A stretch of DNA of 64,000 bases from a virus. The stretch lies in IMG/VR virus record IMGVR_UViG_3300049740_000832; one strand, given 5' to 3'. The position numbers and the translations under genes are program-made. The notes beneath the pieces were generated by a model, which saw nothing but the letters and a program-made list of their open reading frames with translations, was not told where the DNA came from and did no database searches. This document shows, piece after piece, positions 18,818 to 26,981 of this stretch. Numbering within the stretch: the first letter of the stretch is position 1; every line of letters starts with the position of its first letter.

Positions 18818-20646
18818 AAACATGGCATGTCCTTATTACACTGGGGTTGATGATAACCCTGAGACTGCTCGACCCCTTTCTCCTTGAAAGTGCGAGACTG
18901 TCTTTCTTTGACTCGATGCAAAGAGGACAGGAATCAAAACAATCTGAACAGATTGTCCTTATTGATATTGACGAATCGACCCTAGAGAAGTTCGGTCAGT
19001 ATCCAATCCCCCGCGAAACAATGGCAGACGAGTTGGCAAAACTTGGCAATCAGTCAGTGTTAGGTATCAATATCTTATTATCAGAACCAGACAGGTTCGG
19101 AGGGGATGACGCATTTTCAAATATGTTGTTTGAAATGGAAGCGGTAATTGCTATTGCACCAAGCGATAAGACAAACACAGACTCCCGACCAACACCTGTA
19201 GGTGTGGCAACATTCGGTGACCGCGATGCGGTAGAGTTTCGACCTGAACTAGATGGGATGTTATTTGCACTACCTGACTTCATGACAACTGCAATGGGTC
19301 ATGGAACAATCTCTGCAACACAGGATATCGATGGTATCACACGGAGAGTTCCTCTGATTGAGAACTTCGAGGGTCGCATGTATCCTGCCTTTGCACTGGA
19401 TATCCTTCGCGTGGCTGCGGGTGACATATCATATCAAATCAAGACAGACGATTACGGAATACGATTTGTTCGCATACCGAAGTTTGATGTAGTGCAGACA
19501 GACGATAATAGTAATGTGCGTATCGCATTCTGGAATGAGTTCAAGAGATATTCTTTCACAGAGATAGACCAGATACCAAGCGGAAGTATTGCGATACTGG
19601 GTGCGACCTTTAAGGGGACATCTGTCGTATCAACTCCTGTCGGTGCGATGTATCCGCATGACATTCAGGCGAACCTGTTGAAGACGATGATTGATGGTGT
19701 GACTATCATACGGATGCCAGAGTTCAAGTTTTATGAACTTTTCGCAACGATTTTAGTGTCAATAATGATACTATTCATGTTATCTAAACTCTCTATCGTC
19801 ATTTCGGGGGTATTTTTCCTGATTATCAGTTCAAGTTTCGTGAATGGTGCATCACTGATATTCGACAATACCTTTATGCTTCTTGACCCCATTTTCCCTG
19901 TTATAACATTTGTTATAATCTTTGCACATGGTTCGTTTGTCCAGTTCTATACACAATTCAAAGCGAAACAAATGATTAAGGGTCAGTTCGGAACGTATCT
20001 AAGTCCTGACATGGTTGACATGCTTGCTAACGACCCGTCACTGATGAAACTGGGCGGTGAACGCAAAGAGATGACATTCTTGTTCATGGACATCTGTGGA
20101 TTCACCCCGATATCAGAACACTACAAAAACAACGATGACCCCGAAGGATTAGTTAATCTAATCAACGAATACCTGAACGAGATGACCAACATCATTCTAC
20201 ACAACGGTGGAACTATAGATAAGTATATGGGCGATTGTATTATGGCGTTTTGGAACGCCCCTCTACCATGTGAGAATCATGCAGAGATGGCAGTGAAGTC
20301 TGCTATCGAGATAGAGGAGAAGACAAATGAACTTAAAAAGAAATATGAGTCTCGCGGTCTCCCGCCTATTAATGTGGGGACTGGCATTAATACTGGCGAT
20401 TGTATTGTTGGAAACATGGGCTCTGAAAGCAGATTCGACTATTCGGTCATTGGAGATGCCGTCAACCTTGCCGCAAGACTCGAAGCGACTGCCGCAAGAG
20501 AAGACTATGTTGATTTCAAAACAATCTATTCCAGTCACACAATGGAACAACTCACCGATATCAAGTCAAGACCTATAGGTAAAATCAAGGTCAAGGGTAA
20601 AGATGAATTGATTGAGATATACACACATGATACAGATAATCGATAA
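18814..20646 (+). CDS. CHASE2-domain class III adenylate cyclase
   Basis: IVLIDIDE...FGQYPIPR and DIDGITRR (CHASE2); three TMs after CHASE2; FMDICGF, DKYMGDCIMAFW, GDAVNLAARLE. Confidence 0.93.
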   Translation: MKTWHVLITLGLMITLRLLDPFLLESARLSFFDSMQRGQESKQSEQIVLIDIDESTLEKFGQYPIPRETMADELAKLGNQSVLGINILLSEPDRFGGDDAFSNMLFEMEAVIAIAPSDKTNTDSRPTPVGVATFGDRDAVEFRPELDGMLFALPDFMTTAMGHGTISATQDIDGITRRVPLIENFEGRMYPAFALDILRVAAGDISYQIKTDDYGIRFVRIPKFDVVQTDDNSNVRIAFWNEFKRYSFTEIDQIPSGSIAILGATFKGTSVVSTPVGAMYPHDIQANLLKTMIDGVTIIRMPEFKFYELFATILVSIMILFMLSKLSIVISGVFFLIISSSFVNGASLIFDNTFMLLDPIFPVITFVIIFAHGSFVQFYTQFKAKQMIKGQFGTYLSPDMVDMLANDPSLMKLGGERKEMTFLFMDICGFTPISEHYKNNDDPEGLVNLINEYLNEMTNIILHNGGTIDKYMGDCIMAFWNAPLPCENHAEMAVKSAIEIEEKTNELKKKYESRGLPPINVGTGINTGDCIVGNMGSESRFDYSVIGDAVNLAARLEATAAREDYVDFKTIYSSHTMEQLTDIKSRPIGKIKVKGKDELIEIYTHDTDNR

Positions 20647-21118
20647 TTTCCTAGATGAAGAACTCTGGGATGAACTGATTGAAGACTATCATCGATGTCG
20701 TATGTATAGTGCATATGAATATGGTGAGAGACTAGGCAGTGAGTATTATAGAGTTCAGTCTTGGGTGGGGTGTTATCGTAGTGATAATCTGACAGACATT
20801 TATTCAGAAGTGACAGAGAAAATAAAAGGCGAACTGGGTATTGAAGTTCAAAAGATGACCTTCTTCAAACATCCTAAAGAGAGTTTTCCCGAACCGATGA
20901 CATACGGCATGAATATTCCTCAACACATCGATGCGAATTTCGAAAGGTCGGGGGTTCTCTACATGGTAGGAAAAGAAGGTATGGGGACAACTATCAAGGA
21001 TGAATATGTAGAGTGGCAACCAAATCGTGCAATTGCATTTGACGCACAGACTTATCATAATCCAAACTTTGGTGGAAAAGATAGGATTTCTTTAACTTTT
21101 TTTGGAAAAAAGACTTGA
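20627..21118 (+). CDS. Small 2OG-Fe(II) oxygenase-like protein
   Basis: IIDNFL..QHID..SGVLY..GT..PNR..FD...H...R. Confidence 0.65.
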   Translation: MIQIIDNFLDEELWDELIEDYHRCRMYSAYEYGERLGSEYYRVQSWVGCYRSDNLTDIYSEVTEKIKGELGIEVQKMTFFKHPKESFPEPMTYGMNIPQHIDANFERSGVLYMVGKEGMGTTIKDEYVEWQPNRAIAFDAQTYHNPNFGGKDRISLTFFGKKT

Positions 21119-21143
21119 CATTTTATTCTTGTTGTGATAATAT
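21115..21143 (+). promoter_or_regulatory. sigma70-type promoter
   Basis: A-tract then TTGACA-17nt-TAATAT with extended -10 TG; AAGGAG RBS downstream. Confidence 0.75.
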
Positions 21144-21177
21144 AAGAACATAATCACAAACTAGAAGGAGATTGATT

Positions 21178-22128
21178 ATGGCACATGCAGTAGAAACAAT
21201 GGCGTATGCGGGAGAAGTTCCGTGGCACGGACTTGGTGTTCCTGTATCGAATGACCTGACTCCCCGTCAGATGATGGATAAGGCTGGTCTGGACTGGACG
21301 GTTGAGAAGGAAGACCTTGTAACATCGTCTGGCGCAACAGTGGAAGGCAAACAAGCACTTGTGCGTTCCTCTGACAACAAGGTTCTGGATGTCATCGGTA
21401 AAGGATGGAATCCTGTTCAGAATGAAGAAGCATTTGAGTTCTTCTCTGAGTATGTCCTTGCGGGTGACATGGAAATGCACACCGCTGGTTCACTCAAAGA
21501 CGGTAACATGGTGTGGGGTCTTGCAAAGGTGAAAGATACCTTTGATATTCTTGGTGGTGACCAAGTTGACTCATATCTCTTGTTTTCCAATCCACACCAG
21601 TATGGTAAGTCAATCGACATTCGGTTCACACCGATTCGTGTAGTGTGCAATAACACATTGTCACTCTCACTTGGTCAGAAGGTTGCAAACTCGGTGTCTC
21701 TGAACCACCGCACTACATTCAATCCTGACTCAGTAAAAGAGACTTTGGGTATTGCATCTGAAAAGTTTGCACAATACAAAGAGACCGCAGAGTTTCTTTC
21801 ATCCAAACGTTTTGGTATTAGCGAATTGATTCAATACTACAACGAAGTATTCCCTCGCACCTATCAAGGTAAGAAGGAAGTCAATGTCAAGACTGTTGGA
21901 GACCTGACTACCAATGCTCAAAAAGCATACGAGGTTCTGGAAACTCAGCCTGGCGCAGAGTTCGGTGAAGGAACATGGTGGCAGGCACTGAACAGTGTGA
22001 CCTACCTGACCGACCACCAGATGGGTCGTGAGGCAGACACACGTTTGACTTCTGCATGGTTTGGTTCAAACCAGACACGCAAAGTCCGTGCTGTAGAAAA
22101 AGCGGTGGAGTATGCACTCGCCGCTTAA
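21178..22128 (+). CDS. DUF932/DUF945 family protein
   Basis: PWHGLG, AGLDWTV, PVQN.EAF, TAGSL, TPIRVVCNNTL, GTWW.ALN.VT. Confidence 0.85.
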   Translation: MAHAVETMAYAGEVPWHGLGVPVSNDLTPRQMMDKAGLDWTVEKEDLVTSSGATVEGKQALVRSSDNKVLDVIGKGWNPVQNEEAFEFFSEYVLAGDMEMHTAGSLKDGNMVWGLAKVKDTFDILGGDQVDSYLLFSNPHQYGKSIDIRFTPIRVVCNNTLSLSLGQKVANSVSLNHRTTFNPDSVKETLGIASEKFAQYKETAEFLSSKRFGISELIQYYNEVFPRTYQGKKEVNVKTVGDLTTNAQKAYEVLETQPGAEFGEGTWWQALNSVTYLTDHQMGREADTRLTSAWFGSNQTRKVRAVEKAVEYALAA

Positions 22129-22756
22129 AAATATCAAAGTCTTGGGAGAGGTTGACGTAATCACTTACGTCAATCTCTTTTCAAATATCGATGATAGAGA
22201 TTGGATGGGTGAATTCAATAAATTCACTAAACATTATATTCCAGGCTTCCAAGAACTTGAAATACTCCCTATGTTATATTCTCTCAAGAAGACACATGTA
22301 ACTAAATTTAGAGACGATTATACTGTTGAGGAAGCCGCAAGTAATTGGTCGATTGATAACGCAGTGGACTATAGAACAGGCGGTGGTCTTGGCGAAGATT
22401 ATGTTACCTTGAAAGGTAGGTTGTATGAAAAGTTTTATGATGAAAGATTACTGACCGATATAAAAAAATTACTATCCGATAAATTCGGTGACGGAACAAT
22501 CAGTATGTTTTTGTTAAACCTTATGAATCCACATTCAAATATTGAACCACATGTTGATGATACAACAGGAAACAAAAGGCGTATACACATACCACTCGTA
22601 ACACACCCTGATATTAAATTTCGTAACGGTAATGATGAGATACATATGGAAGTTGGTAAGGTTTATTTGTTTGACCATGAAAAAGAACACTCAGTCATAA
22701 ATCCAACAGATTATGAACGTATTCATCTGATAATGGATTGGAGACCAAATGATTAA
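22112..22756 (+). CDS. Asp/Asn beta-hydroxylase-like oxygenase
   Basis: IEPHVD..RIHIPL..H.EVG..H...N....RIHLI.D. Confidence 0.75.
   Translation: MHSPLKNIKVLGEVDVITYVNLFSNIDDRDWMGEFNKFTKHYIPGFQELEILPMLYSLKKTHVTKFRDDYTVEEAASNWSIDNAVDYRTGGGLGEDYVTLKGRLYEKFYDERLLTDIKKLLSDKFGDGTISMFLLNLMNPHSNIEPHVDDTTGNKRRIHIPLVTHPDIKFRNGNDEIHMEVGKVYLFDHEKEHSVINPTDYERIHLIMDWRPND
22147..22182 (+). terminator. Terminator-like hairpin inside the next CDS
   Basis: 14-bp stem AGAGGTTGACGTAA/TTACGTCAATCTCT with one G-U, TCAC loop, short T run. Confidence 0.6.
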
Positions 22757-23372
22757 AGTTCTTGGTGAAGTTGATGTAAGTTATTATATTAATCTCTTCT
22801 CTAATATTGATGATGCAGACTGGATAGATGAATTTTCAAAATTCAGTAAAAAATATATTCCTTTCTTTCGAGAATTGGATAGACTGCCACTTTTGTTAAA
22901 TATGAGAAAAGACTATGAAAATAACTATGAAAGTATTGAAGAGATTATTACTACTTCAGACGTTGGTAATAATCATGATGTTGTTGAGTTTCTAAATGAA
23001 GGCGACTTAAATGATGACATAACCATTAAAGGCAAATTCTACGAAAAATATTACAACAAAAAGTTTTTCGATGAACTTTTCGAAGTTGTCAGAAATGAGT
23101 TCGGTGATGGACAATGTATGACATTGATTTTTAATTTAATGAATCCTCACTCTAGGATTTATCCACACGCAGACGAGAGAACTGGTAATAAGAAACGTAT
23201 ACATATTCCTATCATTACACATCCTGATATTAAGTTTCGTAACGGTAATGATGAGATACATATGGAAGTTGGTAAAGTATACAAAATAGAACATTCTATA
23301 GAACACTCTGTTGATAATCCGACAGATTGTGAACGTATTCATTTAGTGATTGATTGGAAGATTAATGATTAA
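22749..23372 (+). CDS. Asp/Asn beta-hydroxylase-like oxygenase, tandem paralogue
   Basis: IYPHAD..RIHIPI; 41-bp exact DNA match with the upstream gene. Confidence 0.75.
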   Translation: MIKVLGEVDVSYYINLFSNIDDADWIDEFSKFSKKYIPFFRELDRLPLLLNMRKDYENNYESIEEIITTSDVGNNHDVVEFLNEGDLNDDITIKGKFYEKYYNKKFFDELFEVVRNEFGDGQCMTLIFNLMNPHSRIYPHADERTGNKKRIHIPIITHPDIKFRNGNDEIHMEVGKVYKIEHSIEHSVDNPTDCERIHLVIDWKIND

Positions 23373-23526
23373 ATTATTAAACTGGATTGGTAGAGTTTTC
23401 TCTACTCAAGATATCGACTATGAGGAAACTCTAGGCGAGGAAGCTCGTCCTCATTGGGTGAAAAACGATGATGACGAATATATTGAAGCAATGTTAAATA
23501 GTGAAAAGGTTATAACAGATGATTAA
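23365..23526 (+). CDS. 53-aa hypothetical protein
   Basis: MIKLLNWIGRVFS...; fills the gap with 8-nt overlaps at both ends. Confidence 0.5.
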   Translation: MIKLLNWIGRVFSTQDIDYEETLGEEARPHWVKNDDDEYIEAMLNSEKVITDD

Positions 23527-24088
23527 AGGTGTAACATTACCTCAAGTAACATTTCCAACCCGTGTTCGTAATGATGAACTGGGTGGAGACAACCCATTTG
23601 AATGGCGGAACGTGAGCAGTTCGTTTCTGTTCGGTAGTCAAGATTTGAAAAAACGTGTGGTGGTGTTCTCACTGCCAGGCGCATTTACTCCAACATGTTC
23701 GACATATCAATTACCTGACTTTGAGAAACTCGTGGCAGAAGGTGAGTTTGGGAAGTATGGTATCGATGATATTTACTGCGTATCAGTGAATGACACATTT
23801 GTAATGAACTGTTGGGCAAAAGACCAGAACCTCGAACATGTCAAAGTCGTGCCAGATGGCACGGGTGAGTTCACTCGCAAGATGGGTATGTTGGTTGACA
23901 AGTCGAATATCGGATTTGGTATGCGGTCATGGCGTTATGCGATGATTGTCAAAAACGGTGTGGTTGAGGAATTCTTACCAGAGCCAGGGTTTGCAGACAA
24001 TCATGGTGAAGACCCATATGGCGAATCATCTCCACAGAATGTTCTAAAAGTTCTTGAAGGACTCGAAGTTTCGGGCGCCCCTGTCTAA
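23519..24088 (+). CDS. Peroxiredoxin (PRX5/redoxin type)
   Basis: LPGAFTPTCS, SVND.FVM, GFGMRSWRYAM. Confidence 0.93.
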   Translation: MIKGVTLPQVTFPTRVRNDELGGDNPFEWRNVSSSFLFGSQDLKKRVVVFSLPGAFTPTCSTYQLPDFEKLVAEGEFGKYGIDDIYCVSVNDTFVMNCWAKDQNLEHVKVVPDGTGEFTRKMGMLVDKSNIGFGMRSWRYAMIVKNGVVEEFLPEPGFADNHGEDPYGESSPQNVLKVLEGLEVSGAPV

Positions 24089-24117
24089 GTCATTGATATT
24101 ATTGTGAAACAAAGTTC

Positions 24118-24146
24118 TTGACAATTTCTGCCGAGGCCTTTAATAT
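24118..24146 (+). promoter_or_regulatory. sigma70-type promoter
   Basis: TTGACA-17nt-TAATAT. Confidence 0.7.
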
Positions 24147-24173
24147 AAAGGTATAGTGAGAAGAGAGGTTGTT

Positions 24174-24620
24174 ATGGAAATTTACTTGGAAGACAATGGA
24201 TATGACGTTGAGGATTACATCAACGCTGTAGCCGCTGTTCTTGTCCTTGACCAATATGAAGGTGACCTTCGCATCGAACTCAAAAGAAAATGTGATGCAG
24301 ATGCTGGTGGTTACTGTTATGGTGACGAGGATGATATTGATATCGAGATTGCTACGCACGTTCAAGGCGAAGCGCTCGATATCGATACCATCAAAGTGAA
24401 TATCGCTCATGAGATGGTTCATGCTCAACAGATTGCAAGTGGTCGTTTGAAAGACCACGGTATCAAGATTATCGATGACCGTCTGGTCAAAGTTGCAGAG
24501 TGGGATGGTGAGTATCATACGAATACGAAGTATGATGACCAACCGTGGGAAATCGATGCGTATGGTCGTGAAGCACAAGTAGCACAAGAAGCAAAGGAGA
24601 TGCTGGCACAATGGATGTAA
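24174..24620 (+). CDS. HExxH zinc metallopeptidase-like protein
   Basis: IAHEMVHAQQ ... QPWEIDAY. Confidence 0.7.
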   Translation: MEIYLEDNGYDVEDYINAVAAVLVLDQYEGDLRIELKRKCDADAGGYCYGDEDDIDIEIATHVQGEALDIDTIKVNIAHEMVHAQQIASGRLKDHGIKIIDDRLVKVAEWDGEYHTNTKYDDQPWEIDAYGREAQVAQEAKEMLAQWM

Positions 24621-25201
24621 ACTTGAAACAGGCGTATAATGAATATCTGCGAAAGCATCGGTTCAAACAGAATCGTGGTGCTAATGGTCGTAATGATACT
24701 GAAAAGTCCAAGACCTATCAGGCAGAGTTTGCTTTCCAGAGACGATACAAAGTCAAAGACTTCAAGACTATTGAGGAAGCACAGAAACGTGCGAAACAAA
24801 TCTACAAGACCAAAAAGTGGCAGAAGGTTTGGAAACTAGAAAGTCGCACAGACCGTGACCTTATAAAACAACCCGCAGTCGTTCTCAAAGAACGTAACAC
24901 AGGTAGAGGTTTTGCTGGTTGGACTGATGGTTGGGCAGTAGTCCTAGATAGTAAAGCAGGGTTGGATGAATACACTCTGTTGCATGAGTTGACACACTGT
25001 TTGGGTCACATGCATCATGGTCGTTCTTTCCGCCGTGCTTTGTTGGAACTAGTCGGTGCATTCATCGGTGCAGATGCCAAGAAGATACTCAAGGAAGAGT
25101 TTACCAAACGCAAACTCAAGTATGGTGTAGCTCGTCAACCATTGACCTACACTCAGTGGAATGCCGCACGAAAGAAAATGGAAAAGATACGAAATGTTTA
25201 A
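24611..25201 (+). CDS. SprT-like HExxH protein
   Basis: LLHELTHC...HHGRSF. Confidence 0.65.
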   Translation: MDVNLKQAYNEYLRKHRFKQNRGANGRNDTEKSKTYQAEFAFQRRYKVKDFKTIEEAQKRAKQIYKTKKWQKVWKLESRTDRDLIKQPAVVLKERNTGRGFAGWTDGWAVVLDSKAGLDEYTLLHELTHCLGHMHHGRSFRRALLELVGAFIGADAKKILKEEFTKRKLKYGVARQPLTYTQWNAARKKMEKIRNV

Positions 25202-25874
25202 TCATCAACCTACACAACTCAATGAAATGGAATCGGTCACCACGGAGAAGGGTCGCAAGTATAAGACCCCCGAAGGGATTGACCTTCCGTCTATTACTAC
25301 TGTCCTGTCTATTCTTTCGCGGGATAGTATCGCCGCATGGCGTAAACGGGTTGGTGAGGAAGAAGCAAATCGTATCTCCCACCGTGCATCGTCACGGGGA
25401 ACAAAGGTTCATGAAATCATCGAGAAGTATGTTGACAACGATGAAAATTACAAAGAGGGTTATACCCCCGATGTGATTGAGTCGTTTCTTATTATGAAAC
25501 CAATTCTCGATGGTTTTATCGGCACAGTCTACGCACAGGAAGCACCTCTCTATTCAACTCACTTAGGCGTTGCTGGTCGCGTAGACTGTGTTGCCGAATT
25601 CGATGGACAACTATCTATCATCGACTTTAAGACCAGTCGCAAAAAGAAAAAGAAAGACTGGGTGAAGAATTATTTCATGCAAGAGGCTGCATATGCGGTC
25701 ATGTGGGAAGAACGCACGGGACAACCTATCACCCAACTCGTTACACTTATCAGTGTTGACGGTGAAGACAAACCACAAATCTTTGTCGAACATCGAGACA
25801 ATTGGATTAATTCTTTGCGTGATACCATCAAAAAGTATAATGAAGAACAAGATTCGACTTCCATTTTATTATAA
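25194..25874 (+). CDS. PD-(D/E)xK exonuclease
   Basis: PSITTVL, RGTKVH, AGRVD, IIDFKTS, Q.AAY. Confidence 0.85.
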   Translation: MFNHQPTQLNEMESVTTEKGRKYKTPEGIDLPSITTVLSILSRDSIAAWRKRVGEEEANRISHRASSRGTKVHEIIEKYVDNDENYKEGYTPDVIESFLIMKPILDGFIGTVYAQEAPLYSTHLGVAGRVDCVAEFDGQLSIIDFKTSRKKKKKDWVKNYFMQEAAYAVMWEERTGQPITQLVTLISVDGEDKPQIFVEHRDNWINSLRDTIKKYNEEQDSTSILL

Positions 25875-25877
25875 ATA
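25870..25877 (+). promoter_or_regulatory. T4-type late promoter
   Basis: TATAAATA. Confidence 0.7.
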
Positions 25878-25911
25878 GTGGTATAATACTATTTGTGTAA
25901 ATAGGAAATCG

Positions 25912-26979
25912 ATGCAAAAGTTTGACAATTTCATTACAGAAGCACTGAAGGCTGAGGACTATGAGGCAGCGATTGTCATGGGGTTCTATGAACTCACTGG
26001 CAAACCGATGACTAGTGCAGACCACGGCATCTCTGATAAAGTTTTCAAAGCAATTCAAGAAAACCCTCAAGCACAAGAGGCGGGTCGTAAGATTGCTCAA
26101 TCAGTTCTAAATAAGTATCCAAAACTCAAGAAGGGAAAGGCAGAACAGTATGGTCGTGCGAAAGCATCTCTAACTTCTTTTTGGAAATCTTATGGTGCAA
26201 GTGATATTACACCCAAAACAGATGTTCTCATAGGTGATATGAGATTCTCTGTTAAAATTGGTCTGGCACAATTGATGTCGGGTGGTAAATCAGAGTCAAC
26301 TGCAACATTCGAAGCCGCCATCAAAAATTCTAATCCAGACCTTGTAAAATCTCCACAATATGAAAAAACCACCGAAGTTCTTGAAGGGTTTGTAAAAAAT
26401 ACTCTTGCACCATCTCAACTAAGACCGATAATCAAAGCAGGAACGAATGAAGTAGTCAATCGTGCAGAGAAGGCGCATAAGGATGCAATGTCAGAACTAG
26501 GTGCGATGTTTGATGAATCCAAATCTTTCAAAGTTGAATTTGCACGAGAGGCGATGTCTGGGTTTGAAAAGTTTGGTGAAAACTCTAATGCGGCCGCAGA
26601 GTTTATGTTGGTTGCATCGGCTGACGGCGATAAGGTTGTTATTCATTCTGTTTATGATGATGACTATTGTCTCAAAATTGCGAATGCAATGAAATTGCAG
26701 GCGAGGTTCAAAACCTCATCTCGTAAGATAAAGGGAAAGAAAACTGGTGAGTATAATTTCTGGTCAGTGATATCCTTAATTGTAGATTCGATGCAAGAGG
26801 GTTATGAACATGACCAAGAAGAACTTTTGATAGAAGTATCCATTATGAGAAAAATTGGTAACTTTGTGAGAGGGACTTGGAGTAAGGTCTCATCATATTT
26901 CAAGAAAGGTGCGAGTAAACTCTATAAGTTTCTCGGCGCAACCCCAATAATTTCAACAAAGAAAAATATTAGGTTTTAG
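25912..26979 (+). CDS. Hypothetical late protein, probably capsid-internal
   Basis: N-terminus MQKFDNFITEA; KTD...SVK suggests a PD-(D/E)xK-like core. Confidence 0.55.
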   Translation: MQKFDNFITEALKAEDYEAAIVMGFYELTGKPMTSADHGISDKVFKAIQENPQAQEAGRKIAQSVLNKYPKLKKGKAEQYGRAKASLTSFWKSYGASDITPKTDVLIGDMRFSVKIGLAQLMSGGKSESTATFEAAIKNSNPDLVKSPQYEKTTEVLEGFVKNTLAPSQLRPIIKAGTNEVVNRAEKAHKDAMSELGAMFDESKSFKVEFAREAMSGFEKFGENSNAAAEFMLVASADGDKVVIHSVYDDDYCLKIANAMKLQARFKTSSRKIKGKKTGEYNFWSVISLIVDSMQEGYEHDQEELLIEVSIMRKIGNFVRGTWSKVSSYFKKGASKLYKFLGATPIISTKKNIRF

Positions 26980-26981
26980 TA

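Noticed and set aside
18814-20646. Pycsar/CBASS-type defence cyclase
   Set aside because: It has a CHASE2-TM receptor architecture with the ATP-specifying Lys and no adjacent effector
24086-24097. TAAGTCATTGAT upstream of an early promoter as an operator
   Set aside because: Only one copy was seen, so a motif cannot be supported
25194-25874. Possible Cas4/CRISPR system
   Set aside because: No Fe-S cysteine set, no other cas genes and no repeat-spacer array seen; it is an ordinary phage exonuclease
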